Assembly: GCA_947627085.1 (NCBI GenBank)
Contig: CANQUO010000001.1
Location: 1 to 53,295, forward strand
Origin: an uncultured Oscillospiraceae bacterium
GTDB taxonomy: Bacteria > Bacillota > Clostridia > Oscillospirales > Oscillospiraceae
Direction of reading: 5' to 3'
Length of the DNA stretch: 53,295 nucleotides
In this document: one piece after another, positions 35,219-44,668 of the stretch
Position numbering within the stretch: position 1 is the stretch's first letter
Layout of the letters: each line of letters begins with the position of its first letter
The notes under the pieces: model-generated
What the model was told of the DNA's origin: nothing
Databases searched by the model: none
Seen by the model: the letters and a program-made list of their open reading frames with translations, nothing else
Translations under genes and position numbers: made by a program

Positions 35219-36403
35219 TTGATTCGAAATGCCCATATCTGGCAGGGCGGCGGTTTTTCCCGCGGAGATTTGGCCATTGACGGGCAAACCATAGAAGTGG
35301 TGGGACGCATCCCGACAGATTACCCCGCGGATACTGTGATAGAAGGCGAAGGCCGCTATCTGCTCCCGGGCGTGATCGACTGTCACGCCCACAGCACCAT
35401 GATATGCGGACGCGGGCATATGCGGGATTTCTTCGCGTCCAATGAAAATGAACTGACCATTGACGCCGTTGTCAACGCCGAGCGCATGGCACGGCACGGC
35501 ATCACCACCATCCGTGACTGCGGCGGCAAGCGGTATGAGACCCTGGCCGTGCGTGACAGGATCATGCGGGGACAGATTATCGGCCCCCGCATGCTCTGCT
35601 CCGGTACGCCTATCAAGGCCATTGGCGGGCATGAGCCCGGCACCGATATTACGGGACCCGACCAGGCCCGCGCCAAGGTCCGGGAGTTTTTGCGGGAGGG
35701 CGTGGACTTTATTAAGGTCATGCTGACAGGCGGGCTTGGCAAGGCGGGCGAGGATCCCGGCTGTGTGGAGCTGACTCAGGAGGAGCTGGATGCCATCGTG
35801 TCCGAGGCCAGGCGCCATGGCAGGCGCGTGGCGTGTCATTGCCACAGCCGCGAGGGCATGGAGATGATCGTTCGGGCCGGCGCGGACTCGGTCGAGCACG
35901 CCACATATCTGGACCCGGAAATCAACGCAAAGCTCATAGATGCCGGAGTATTTGTGGTGCCGACCTTTGAGCCGTATATGAATTACGCGCTCATGGGCGA
36001 AAGAGAGGGCCAGCTGATGGACACTGTACTGGCCGCCCGGGCGATCATCGGCGAGAAGAAGCGCCGGTTTGCTCAGGCTCTCGGCCAAGGCGTGCAGATC
36101 GCCTTCGGGCGCGACAGCGGCGGCTTCATGATGGATCAGGGCGACTTCACGCGTGAAATGGGCTTCCTTGAGGACGCCGGTATGCCGCGCGCGGAGATAA
36201 TAAACTGCGCTACCGCCGGGGCCGCGCGGCTTTGCGGGCTTGACGGCGTTACGGGCCGCCTTGCCGAAGGGTTGAGCGCGGATATTATCATGCTTGACCG
36301 CGATCCTCTGTGCGGCCTGGAGGCATTTCGCCGCGATCTGCGAGGAGTATGGGTGCGCGGGAGGTTTTTACATCCGGAGCCGAGCGAAGAGAATTGTGAA
36401 TGA
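35219..36403 (+). CDS. Amidohydrolase-family metallo-hydrolase
   Basis: LLPGVIDCHAHS (HxH), a later ACHCHS motif, VEHATYL and FGRDSG, consistent with the amidohydrolase-1 ligand set. The TTG start is taken as listed, so the exact start is uncertain. Confidence 0.75.
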   Translation: MIRNAHIWQGGGFSRGDLAIDGQTIEVVGRIPTDYPADTVIEGEGRYLLPGVIDCHAHSTMICGRGHMRDFFASNENELTIDAVVNAERMARHGITTIRDCGGKRYETLAVRDRIMRGQIIGPRMLCSGTPIKAIGGHEPGTDITGPDQARAKVREFLREGVDFIKVMLTGGLGKAGEDPGCVELTQEELDAIVSEARRHGRRVACHCHSREGMEMIVRAGADSVEHATYLDPEINAKLIDAGVFVVPTFEPYMNYALMGEREGQLMDTVLAARAIIGEKKRRFAQALGQGVQIAFGRDSGGFMMDQGDFTREMGFLEDAGMPRAEIINCATAGAARLCGLDGVTGRLAEGLSADIIMLDRDPLCGLEAFRRDLRGVWVRGRFLHPEPSEENCE

Positions 36404-36483
36404 CAACGCCGCCGGGTGAAGAAACCCGCGCTCCGGGAGATCATTAAAAAAGTTTCGCGCGTATCAGCGCATGGAGGGACAAT

Positions 36484-37368
36484 ATGTCAAGTTTCCTATT
36501 TTACACCGTCAACGGTCTTGTGCTGGGCAGTACTTATGCTCTGACCTCGATTGGCTATTCCATGGTCTACGGCATTTTGGAGCTTGTCAATTTCACACAC
36601 AGTACCGTCTACATGGTGGGCGCCTACCTTTTCTACATTCTGGCAGTTGTGGCGGGCCTGCCCATGTGGGCAGCCTTTCTGCTGGCTGTGTTCATGACTG
36701 GACTTATAGGTGTACTGTATGAGCGCCTCACACTGCGTCCGTTAAGGGTGCGTCACCAGCCCAAGTTTGCCATGCTCATATGTACTATCGGCACATCCAT
36801 TGTCTTGCAGAACATATTCTTTTTGACGATGGGTTCCGAGACACACCAGTACCCTTCGCTTTTCGAGGGACACTACCTGCGCGTTGGCGGCTTCAACATA
36901 ACCGCGGTGCAGTTGGTCATTATTGTCGCGACAGCCGTTCTGCTGTTGGCGTTCACCCTCTTCATCAACCACACCCGCGTGGGCATGGCCATGCAGGCGT
37001 GCGCCCAGGACGGCGAGGCCGCCGGACTCATGGGGATATCGGTGGACAACATCGTGTCGCTGACCTTTTTTATTGGCTCCGCCATGGCCGCCGTGGCCGG
37101 CGTCATGGGCTGTATGTCGTACAGGAGCGTGGATATTTCCATTGGGACGGCCATCGGCACAAAAACCTTTGCGTCCACGGTGCTGGGGGGCATAGGCGTG
37201 TTTTACGGCGGAGTTGTGGGCGGCCTTGTCATCGGCCTTACCGAGGTCTATACAGCCGCCTACCTGGGCTCGAATTACAGGAACATACCGGCTTTCCTGA
37301 TACTCATACTCATCCTGTTCCTGAAGCCCAACGGCCTGTTTGGCAAAAAAACGCTGAAGAAGGTGTGA
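36484..37368 (+). CDS. Branched-chain-amino-acid-type ABC permease (LivH-like)
   Basis: A polytopic membrane protein with N-terminal FLFYTVNGLVLGSTYAL and C-terminal KPNGLFGKK, as in LivH. Confidence 0.85.
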   Translation: MSSFLFYTVNGLVLGSTYALTSIGYSMVYGILELVNFTHSTVYMVGAYLFYILAVVAGLPMWAAFLLAVFMTGLIGVLYERLTLRPLRVRHQPKFAMLICTIGTSIVLQNIFFLTMGSETHQYPSLFEGHYLRVGGFNITAVQLVIIVATAVLLLAFTLFINHTRVGMAMQACAQDGEAAGLMGISVDNIVSLTFFIGSAMAAVAGVMGCMSYRSVDISIGTAIGTKTFASTVLGGIGVFYGGVVGGLVIGLTEVYTAAYLGSNYRNIPAFLILILILFLKPNGLFGKKTLKKV

Positions 37369-37371
37369 TCC

Positions 37372-38373
37372 ATGCAGAGAAATAAACGCTTTTTCGATTT
37401 AAAACGCATACTACCGCTGCTTCTTGCCGCGGCGATGTACGCCGCGCCCCTGGCGATCACGAACCAATATGTTCTGCGAGTCTGCGTGTATGTGAGCATT
37501 TATTCCATCCTTGCGTGCAGCCTGAACCTGATATCCGGCGTCTGCGGCCAGGTCTCCATGGGTCACGCCGCCTTCTACGGCGTGGGGGCGTATACCTCGG
37601 CGCTCATCGCGCTCAGTTTCGGACTGCCGTGGCCGATATGCCTGTTGGCCGCCGGAGTGCTCTCCGCCCTGGTGGGACTGCTTATCGGCACGCCTGCCCT
37701 TCGCCTTCAGGGTGGGTATCTGGTGATCTGCACCGTGGGCTTTAACGAGCTCGTGCGCCTCATTTTGCTTAACTGGGTCTCGGTCACCCGGGGGCCCATG
37801 GGCCTGACCAACATCCCGCGCCCGCGGTTTTTCGGCGTCGCGATCCACTCCGGAAGGCAGTATCTATACCTTTCCATGACATTATTGCTGATCGTCTATA
37901 TCACGCTGCGCAACATTCTACACTCCAGGTTTGGACGCAATCTGCGGGCCATTAAGGAGGATGAGACGGCCGCCGAGACGATGGGTATCCGCGTCCACCG
38001 GGAGAAGGTCACGGCCTTTGCCATTGCCGCCGGCTTCGCGGGGATGGCGGGTTCGATGCTGGCGCACTACATGCTCTATATAAATCCCAACCTGTTCATC
38101 GGGGATTTCTCCACCACGATACTGAGCATGGTGGTCCTGGGCGGTATGGGCAGTATGCCGGGAAGCGTGGCGGCGGCGACGCTGTTGACCGTCATCCCCG
38201 AGGCCCTGCGCGAGCTGGATCGCTACCGCATGCTTATATACGGGCTCATGCTCATATGTATGATGCTGGGCAAAAACATTCCCTGGGATACCACACCCTT
38301 GGGACGTGCCGCCGCCAGGCTTCGCGGACGCGTGAAGATCGCGCGGGAATCAGAGCATGGAGGGAAGGATTGA
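37372..38373 (+). CDS. Branched-chain-amino-acid-type ABC permease (LivM-like)
   Basis: A polytopic membrane protein with the motif GVCGQVSMGHAAFYGVGAY, typical of LivM. Confidence 0.85.
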   Translation: MQRNKRFFDLKRILPLLLAAAMYAAPLAITNQYVLRVCVYVSIYSILACSLNLISGVCGQVSMGHAAFYGVGAYTSALIALSFGLPWPICLLAAGVLSALVGLLIGTPALRLQGGYLVICTVGFNELVRLILLNWVSVTRGPMGLTNIPRPRFFGVAIHSGRQYLYLSMTLLLIVYITLRNILHSRFGRNLRAIKEDETAAETMGIRVHREKVTAFAIAAGFAGMAGSMLAHYMLYINPNLFIGDFSTTILSMVVLGGMGSMPGSVAAATLLTVIPEALRELDRYRMLIYGLMLICMMLGKNIPWDTTPLGRAAARLRGRVKIARESEHGGKD

Positions 38374-39155
38374 TGGAACGTTTGAAGGTACAGGATATAT
38401 GTAAATCCTTTGGCGGACTGACCGCGGTGTCAAATGTGAGCTTCCAGGTCGAGGCCGGTCAGATAGTCAGTATCATCGGGCCCAACGGGGCCGGTAAGAC
38501 CACCGTTTTTAACCTGCTGACGGGGTTTTATACGTGTGATGCCGGGAGCATCCTTCTGGATGGCCGCCCCATAGAAAATCTGCCGCCGTCCCAATATGTG
38601 AAGGAAGGAGTTGCCCGCACCTTTCAGAACCTGCGCGTATTCCCGGCAATGACGGTCCTGGAAAACGTGCTGATCGGCTACCAGTCAAAAATCGAGTACG
38701 GATGGGCGGACGCGATACTGCGCACACCCCGTCTGCGGGAGCAGGAGCGGGCGGCCCGCGAGGCGGCGATGGAGATACTTGAGCGCCTGAAGCTGTCAGC
38801 CTTTGCCGGAGAGCGTTGCGCCGGACTACCCTACGGGCTCCAAAAGAAGCTGGAGATCGCCCGCGCGCTGGTCTGCTCGCCGCGGCTGCTTCTTCTGGAC
38901 GAGCCCGCCGCGGGGCTTAACCCCCAGGAGACAGCGGAGCTGGCGGACTTTGTACACGGCCTTCCGGAACAGGGCTTTACGATACTGCTCATAGAGCACG
39001 ATATGAGCCTTGTCATGGACATTTCGAATTATATTTACGTCATGGACTATGGCCGCGTGATCTCCGAGGGCATACCCGAACAGGTACAAAAGGACCCCAA
39101 GGTCATCGAGGCCTATATTGGGCAGGGAGGTATCCGACATGCTTCTGAAGGTTGA
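38373..39155 (+). CDS. ABC transporter ATP-binding protein (LivG-like)
   Basis: Start at MERLKVQDICKSFGG, with the ATG overlapping the permease TGA. Walker A GPNGAGKTT, signature LPYGLQKKLEI and Walker B LLLDEP. Confidence 0.9.
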   Translation: MERLKVQDICKSFGGLTAVSNVSFQVEAGQIVSIIGPNGAGKTTVFNLLTGFYTCDAGSILLDGRPIENLPPSQYVKEGVARTFQNLRVFPAMTVLENVLIGYQSKIEYGWADAILRTPRLREQERAAREAAMEILERLKLSAFAGERCAGLPYGLQKKLEIARALVCSPRLLLLDEPAAGLNPQETAELADFVHGLPEQGFTILLIEHDMSLVMDISNYIYVMDYGRVISEGIPEQVQKDPKVIEAYIGQGGIRHASEG

Positions 39156-39852
39156 GGGTCTCAACACATTTTACGGTAATCTGCACGCGATTTGGGACAT
39201 CTCCCTTGACGTTGGGGAGAAGGAGATCGTGGCGCTGATAGGCTCCAATGGGGCGGGGAAATCCACGCTGCTCAAAACGCTGGCCGGCTGTATACCGGCG
39301 CGTAGCGGCCGGGTCGTGTACAGGGACGAGGAGCTCCGCCTGCGCCATATGCGCTCCGACCGCCTTGTGAAAAAGGGGATAGTCATGGCGCCGGAAGGCC
39401 GGCGTGTATTCCCGCGCCTGACGGTGGAGAACAATCTGAAAATGGGCGCTTATACCCGGCCCAAAAAGGAGTGGACCGACTCGTTTACCCGGGTCTATGA
39501 CCTGTTCCCGCGTCTTGCCGAGCGCCGTGGGCAGATGGCCGGCACGCTCTCCGGCGGTGAACAACAGATGCTGGCCATTGGGCGCGCCCTGATGGGCGAT
39601 CCGAAGCTGTTGATGCTGGACGAGCCCTCTCTGGGGCTGTCTCCGCTTTTGACGGAAAAAATTTTTGAGTTGATCCAACAGATTCGCGACCAGGGCACCA
39701 CCATACTTCTTGTGGAGCAAAACGCCGTGGCGGCTTTGGCCGTGGCAAATCGCGGGTATGTACTCAAGGTGGGACATGTGGTACAAAGCGGTACCGGGCG
39801 GGAGCTTCTCTCAAGTACCGAGATACTGCGCTCATACCTGGGAACACAGTAA
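39139..39852 (+). CDS. ABC transporter ATP-binding protein (LivF-like)
   Basis: Start at MLLKVEGLNTFYG after GGGAGG. Walker A GSNGAGKST, signature LSGGEQQMLAI and Walker B LMLDEP. Confidence 0.9.
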   Translation: MLLKVEGLNTFYGNLHAIWDISLDVGEKEIVALIGSNGAGKSTLLKTLAGCIPARSGRVVYRDEELRLRHMRSDRLVKKGIVMAPEGRRVFPRLTVENNLKMGAYTRPKKEWTDSFTRVYDLFPRLAERRGQMAGTLSGGEQQMLAIGRALMGDPKLLMLDEPSLGLSPLLTEKIFELIQQIRDQGTTILLVEQNAVAALAVANRGYVLKVGHVVQSGTGRELLSSTEILRSYLGTQ

Positions 39853-39873
39853 CTTAAGGAGGGCTTTTCAACA

Positions 39874-40866
39874 ATGAATCGTAAAGAACGGGTATACGCT
39901 GTGCTTCAGGGAGAAGCCGCTGACCGTGTACCCACCGGTTTTTGGATGCACTTTCCCGCCGGAGCCTTTTATGGGGAAAGCGCGGTACGTACACATTTGG
40001 AATATTTCGCGCAGTCGCGCACCGACCTGTGCAAGGTGATGACCGAGTACATCTATCCGTGTGACCATTCCATCCTCAACGCCGGCGACTGGCGGCAAGT
40101 GCCGGCATACACCGCCGGCGCTCCGTTCATCGAACAGCAGGCCCAGATCATCCGCGCCATCGCCGGTCAATGCCCCGACGCGCCCGTCGTGGCCACTCTG
40201 CACGGTGTGGTAGCGTCGGCCTCTCACGCGCTGTTGGGTGTTCCGGGGTATGATACGGTGGGGCGGCACGCGCAGCTTTACCATCTGCGTACCGACCCCG
40301 AGCCGGTACTTCACGCCTACCGTAACATTGCCGCCACCCTGCGTGAGATGGCGAGGGCCTTTGTCCGCGCCGGGGCGGAAGGTATTTACTATGCGGCCCT
40401 TGGAGGCGAACGCGACGGCTTTTCCGATGAAGAACACGCCCAATATATAGCCCCGCTTGACAAACAGATACTGGAGGCCGCTTATGATGCCGGAGCCAGG
40501 TTCGTCATCCTGCATATGTGCAAGCCCCGTGTGGCGTTGAAGCGCTTTACCGATTACCCCTGCGACATCGTCAACTGGGGCATTCGGGAAAGCGGTGTCT
40601 CATTATGGGATGGGGCGCGGATGTTTCCCGGTAAGGTGCCGCTGGGCGGGTTGGACAACCGGCACAGCGCGCTCATCGAGGGGGACGACGACCGGCTGGA
40701 GGAGGAGATATTGGACATTTTGAGCCATTTACAGGGGCGGCCATTTTTTCTGGGCAGCGACTGTACACTTCCCGGCTCCCTGCCCTACCGCCGTATCGCC
40801 GCCGTGGCGCGTATCTGCGAGCGATACGCGGCGGGCGGGAAAAAGGAAATGATGTATGAACAATGA
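39874..40866 (+). CDS. Uroporphyrinogen-decarboxylase (URO-D) family protein, probably a non-haem paralogue (methyltransferase/decarboxylase-like)
   Basis: MNRKERVYAVLQGEAADRVPTGFWMHFP is the typical N-terminus of URO-D/MtaA-like proteins. The length is about 330 aa, and AAGGAGGG lies upstream. Confidence 0.55.
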   Translation: MNRKERVYAVLQGEAADRVPTGFWMHFPAGAFYGESAVRTHLEYFAQSRTDLCKVMTEYIYPCDHSILNAGDWRQVPAYTAGAPFIEQQAQIIRAIAGQCPDAPVVATLHGVVASASHALLGVPGYDTVGRHAQLYHLRTDPEPVLHAYRNIAATLREMARAFVRAGAEGIYYAALGGERDGFSDEEHAQYIAPLDKQILEAAYDAGARFVILHMCKPRVALKRFTDYPCDIVNWGIRESGVSLWDGARMFPGKVPLGGLDNRHSALIEGDDDRLEEEILDILSHLQGRPFFLGSDCTLPGSLPYRRIAAVARICERYAAGGKKEMMYEQ

Positions 40867-42154
40867 TTTGAACAACTACTGTTTGGAGCTTTTGCGCGGG
40901 GAGCTCGTACCGGCGCTTGGATGTACCGAGCCAAGCGCCGTCGCCTACGCGGCGGCGTTGGCGCGAGAATTACTGGATGGGCCTCCACGGCGAATCGAGG
41001 TGGTATGCAGTACCAGCGTAATAAAAAACGTGCGGAGCGTTTGCATACCCAACGGCGGCGGACTGAAAGGGGTGCCGGCCGCCGCGGCGCTGGGGGCGCT
41101 TGGCGGAGACCCGGCACGGGAGCTGGAGGTCCTGTCCAACGTAAGGCCGAAGCATGTTGCGGCGGCGCGCGCGATGGTGGACGAGGGGCGATGCCGTTGC
41201 GTATTGGAGCCTGACCGCGACGATCTATATGTGCTGGCCCGTCTGTGGACGGAACGGCACAGCGCGGAGGTCGAGCTGTGCCACCGCCACACCGGTGTCA
41301 CCCGCCGCGTATTGGACGGCCAACAGCTTGACGGTACCTGCGCGCCGCCGAAAGCCGCGTCTGGAAATGCGGGATATGGCGAATTGAGTGTGGCGGATAT
41401 ATTGGCTTTTGCCGATACGTGTTCCCCCGATAGCTTACGTCCCATATTGGAGCCGCAGATTCGGAGCAATACCGGAATAGCGCTGGAGGGCCTGTGCGGG
41501 ACGTACGGAATTGGCGTAGGGCGCTTTTTACTGCGTGGCCGCGACGCGCGGGACGTGATGATGAGGGCACGCGCGATGGCCGCCGCCGGTTCCGATGCCA
41601 GAATGGACGGCTGTACTATGCCGGTCATTATCAATTCGGGTAGCGGAAACCAGGGCATCGCGGTGTCGCTACCGGTCGTCGTGTATGCCCACAGCCTCAA
41701 CGCCGATGAACCGTCATTGTTGCGCGCTCTGGCCGTAGCAAACCTTATTGCCATCCTTCAAAAGGGTCACATTGGCAGCCTGTCGGCTTTCTGCGGAGCC
41801 ACCTGCGCGGCGGCGGGCGCCGCTTGCGGCGTGGCTTATTTGCGCGGCGGGGACGTACACGTCATTGCCAGCATTCTGACCTATACGTTGGGTACGGTGG
41901 GAGGCATGTTATGCGACGGAGCCAAGGCAAGCTGTGCCGCCAAGATCGACACCGCGCTGGAGACCGCGCTGACGGCAATGGAACGCGCCTTGGCCGGCGA
42001 GGCCGTTTTCCGCCCCGGCGATGGCCTTGTTCAGCAGGATGTGGACGCCACGATCGCCAGCATTGGCCGTGTTGGCCGCGTGGGTATGCGCGCCACCAAT
42101 ACCGAGGTCCTGAATATTATGCTGGAATATGACAGCCCCGCGCCCCCGCTTTGA
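40856..42154 (+). CDS. UPF0597 / L-cysteine desulfidase-like (serine dehydratase alpha-like) protein
   Basis: ELVPALGCTEPSAVAYAAALA contains the conserved GCTEP motif. The Gly/Ala-rich C-terminal half includes GMLCDGAKASCA. Confidence 0.6.
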   Translation: MNNDLNNYCLELLRGELVPALGCTEPSAVAYAAALARELLDGPPRRIEVVCSTSVIKNVRSVCIPNGGGLKGVPAAAALGALGGDPARELEVLSNVRPKHVAAARAMVDEGRCRCVLEPDRDDLYVLARLWTERHSAEVELCHRHTGVTRRVLDGQQLDGTCAPPKAASGNAGYGELSVADILAFADTCSPDSLRPILEPQIRSNTGIALEGLCGTYGIGVGRFLLRGRDARDVMMRARAMAAAGSDARMDGCTMPVIINSGSGNQGIAVSLPVVVYAHSLNADEPSLLRALAVANLIAILQKGHIGSLSAFCGATCAAAGAACGVAYLRGGDVHVIASILTYTLGTVGGMLCDGAKASCAAKIDTALETALTAMERALAGEAVFRPGDGLVQQDVDATIASIGRVGRVGMRATNTEVLNIMLEYDSPAPPL

Positions 42155-42194
42155 GTCAACAAAAATCCCCGCCAAAGCTCATCCGATTCCGCGC

Positions 42195-42226
42195 AAAAAT
42201 GCCGGATCATCTGACCCGGCATTTTC
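42195..42226 (+). terminator. Terminator after the second catabolic operon
   Basis: AAAATGCCGG / CCGGCATTTT with a 10-nt loop. Confidence 0.6.
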
Positions 42227-42289
42227 ATGATCGTTCTTGATTTGTGATGTCGCCAGCTCAACCCCTCCGGCTTTGGGGGAAACGGGGAA

Positions 42290-42336
42290 AAACAGAAAAA
42301 TTTTGAGGCCGTTCCAGCTCACCCTGGAACGGCCTC
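42290..42336 (-). terminator. Terminator downstream of the HTH-methyltransferase gene
   Basis: A 13-bp stem GAGGCCGTTCCAG / CTGGAACGGCCTC, followed on the minus strand by AAAATTTTTCTGTTTTT. Confidence 0.65.
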
Positions 42337-42479
42337 AAACCTCTTGCGGCGCGGGCGATCGCCTTTCGTATTTACTATCCTCTCCCGTAAACGCCACGGC
42401 GCTTGTCCCGGCTCACCGCCAGATGGCGGAAAAACCCGCTCTCGCCCCCGGACACCCGGTAATAATCGCCGCTCAGCTT

Positions 42480-43508
42480 CTATTTTTCGCAGAACCGCAC
42501 GTATTCCGTGAATCGGACCGTAACGCCGAGGTCACGGGCGAGTTCAGCGATACCGCTGTCGCCCTCGTCGGTCGTCCAGGTATCCGTTACCATGCTGTCA
42601 ATTTTTCGGAAGCCTGCCAAAACCGTATCCTCATAGAGATTATTGAAAATAGACGGATAGTCTTTTAATAGAGCTTGTTGCGCATGATCCGGCAGGCTCG
42701 CCAGCGCCTCTTTTGTAACGAAGCCGTTCAGACTGACGAGTATACCGCCGGGCTTTAATACCCGATAGCATTCTCGCAGAGCAGTGCTTTGATTGCCGAT
42801 ACAATTAATAATTCCACCGTGGTCAGCGATCGCGTCCACCGTGCAACTTTCAAATGGTATATCGCAGAAGTCCAACGCCGCGTAGTACAAAAAAGGAGAG
42901 TCCAGCTCCTGATCCAGAAAGCGCTTCCACTCCTCCACCACGGTGTGGGACAGGTCACTGATGATGATTTGCGCGGACGGGTCGGCCTGGAGGACAAACG
43001 GCATATATCCGCCGCCCGGTCCTGAGCCGATGTCAAGAATTACACCGCCATGCTCCGCGATTTTCCGGCCAATTCTTAAATCGTTTGGTCGGCCCCGTTC
43101 ACCTGCAACACTTCCGCCGTTCCCGCTGTCTGACCAGCCCCCGGGTTGGCCCCAGGCGGCGCGCCAGTTTCGCGCGATCCAGCCCTCTGCCCGCATATCC
43201 CGCTCCCACTGTACACGCTCTGAGTTTGTTTCAGCCGGCACGAAGCAGGCAATGCCGTCCCTCTCCTCAAATGAACGGCTTGCGATATGAGCCAAAAAGC
43301 CGTCGCTCTCCAAAAGCTCATTCACGGAAACGCCGTAAAGCTTGGACAGCTCAAGCAGCAGCTCCACGTCCGGGAGCGCCGCCGCTGTCTCCCATTTGCT
43401 GACTGCCTGGGTGCTGACGCCCAGCTTCTCCGCAAGCTGGGCCTGAGAAAGTCCCATTCTGCGCCGGAAATTCGCGGTACGCTTCCCAAAATGCTGTTTA
43501 TTTATCAT
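42480..43508 (-). CDS. XRE-type HTH domain fused to a class I SAM-dependent methyltransferase domain
   Basis: The N-terminus MGLSQAQLAEKLGVSTQAVSKWETAAALPDVELLLELSKLYGVSVNELL is HTH_XRE. The C-terminal half has VILDIGSGPGGG (motif I) and LKPGGILV. Confidence 0.75.
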   Translation of the reverse strand: MINKQHFGKRTANFRRRMGLSQAQLAEKLGVSTQAVSKWETAAALPDVELLLELSKLYGVSVNELLESDGFLAHIASRSFEERDGIACFVPAETNSERVQWERDMRAEGWIARNWRAAWGQPGGWSDSGNGGSVAGERGRPNDLRIGRKIAEHGGVILDIGSGPGGGYMPFVLQADPSAQIIISDLSHTVVEEWKRFLDQELDSPFLYYAALDFCDIPFESCTVDAIADHGGIINCIGNQSTALRECYRVLKPGGILVSLNGFVTKEALASLPDHAQQALLKDYPSIFNNLYEDTVLAGFRKIDSMVTDTWTTDEGDSGIAELARDLGVTVRFTEYVRFCEK

Positions 43509-43648
43509 GCCATTCGCCCCTCTCCTGTATTGTGATAATCATATCATGTCAGCGCGGGAAAAGAAAGCGACGCGTATTCAAGTATTTAAGGAAGGACCTC
43601 AACCGCCGGTTGTCACATATCCGGAGCAGAACAGTGAGAATAGGATAC

Positions 43649-44668
43649 TTAACTGATATTTTCCAGGGGAACAGGAATCATAACCTCGCCTATCTTAATC
43701 GCGGAAACATCATTCAGGTTGATTGGAAACTGCCATTGATGGGAGCAGTTCAGAGTTGTACCGTCCTCCATAACTGTCCCACTGCCGCCGCTTTCTCCGA
43801 CCACCTTTCCGCTTTTCAACACTATCTGAATACCGTCCTCGATCGATAAGGTCCCGTGCTGATAATCGTATTGGAAGTTAAACCCGGTAGACGACAATTC
43901 AACATTCCTTATCATAACGGGGACCGCTTCGTTTTTACCCGAGTTAAACGCCATGACCTCAGTATCCGGTAACCGCGTCGCTTGTATCGCCTCGCCGCGG
44001 TCCAAAGAAAAATCAAACCTCCATTCACCCTCTATAACTGTTTCATTATTTCCGCATTGTAACAGGTCGGTCAATGTCAATGTGATATTGATGGGGCGCG
44101 TGCCGCTTTTGCTATCCAAGCTGCTTGTATAGCTGTATTCCATCAATATCAGGGCAGTTCCGTCGCCATCCCATTCACGGTGGCGAATTCCATATGCGGC
44201 AACGCTATTCTGGTTTTGTGCCGGTTCTGGAGCAAGATTCAGCGTCACGTCACCAAAGTCATACTCAACATTGTTTTTATGCTGTAACCCTTTAACTTTC
44301 AAGAGGATGAAAAGGTTATTTTTGCCTATCGTAGCGGAGTCGACAGTCACGGTCACATCATCTATTGTTTGGCTCATTCCGATACTTTGACTTAAGCGTT
44401 CGATAATTGCCGTTTGTCCCTCGCTCATGGCCTGGCCCGTAATTACTTTCCAATAATGGCCGAACCAGCTTTGTATGCTGTCGCCATATACTACCGCGGC
44501 GAAGCCGGCCCCCATAAGGAACAGGGCCAAAATGGCCGCCGCCAACGCAATAAGTGCGTGCCGGACCCGCCGGCTTGCTTTTGCGTTATAGGAAAGCGCG
44601 CTCTCAATGTACCGGCTGTCGATGTTGGAGATGCTGTTATACAGTTTTTCAGTCTCTTTTTCTTTCAT
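43649..44668 (-). CDS. Membrane anti-sigma-like protein (DUF4179-type architecture)
   Basis: It overlaps the sigma gene stop by 4 nt. A short cytoplasmic N-terminus and one TM helix (ALIALAAAILALFLMGAGFAAVVY) precede a beta-rich extracytoplasmic domain. Confidence 0.65.
   Translation of the reverse strand: MKEKETEKLYNSISNIDSRYIESALSYNAKASRRVRHALIALAAAILALFLMGAGFAAVVYGDSIQSWFGHYWKVITGQAMSEGQTAIIERLSQSIGMSQTIDDVTVTVDSATIGKNNLFILLKVKGLQHKNNVEYDFGDVTLNLAPEPAQNQNSVAAYGIRHREWDGDGTALILMEYSYTSSLDSKSGTRPINITLTLTDLLQCGNNETVIEGEWRFDFSLDRGEAIQATRLPDTEVMAFNSGKNEAVPVMIRNVELSSTGFNFQYDYQHGTLSIEDGIQIVLKSGKVVGESGGSGTVMEDGTTLNCSHQWQFPINLNDVSAIKIGEVMIPVPLENIS

Noticed and set aside
35189-36088. A 299-aa minus-strand ORF opposite the second amidohydrolase, plus similar antisense ORFs at 39103..39786, 40945..41754 and 50473..51165
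   Set aside because: All are antisense to motif-supported genes, lack RBSs and have GC-skewed low-complexity composition.
38256-38372. N-terminal extensions of listed ORFs: 38256 for the LivG-like gene, plus 39118, 33889, 28201, 18597, 18004, 13723, 12408 and 11458
   Set aside because: The extensions overlap the preceding gene or lack an RBS. Internal starts with good Shine-Dalgarno spacing give family-typical N-termini, so the shorter coordinates were reported.
42237-42668. A 143-aa plus-strand ORF downstream of the desulfidase-like gene
   Set aside because: It starts inside a terminator region, runs through a second terminator and then runs antisense into the 3' end of the HTH-methyltransferase gene. 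It has no RBS or motif.
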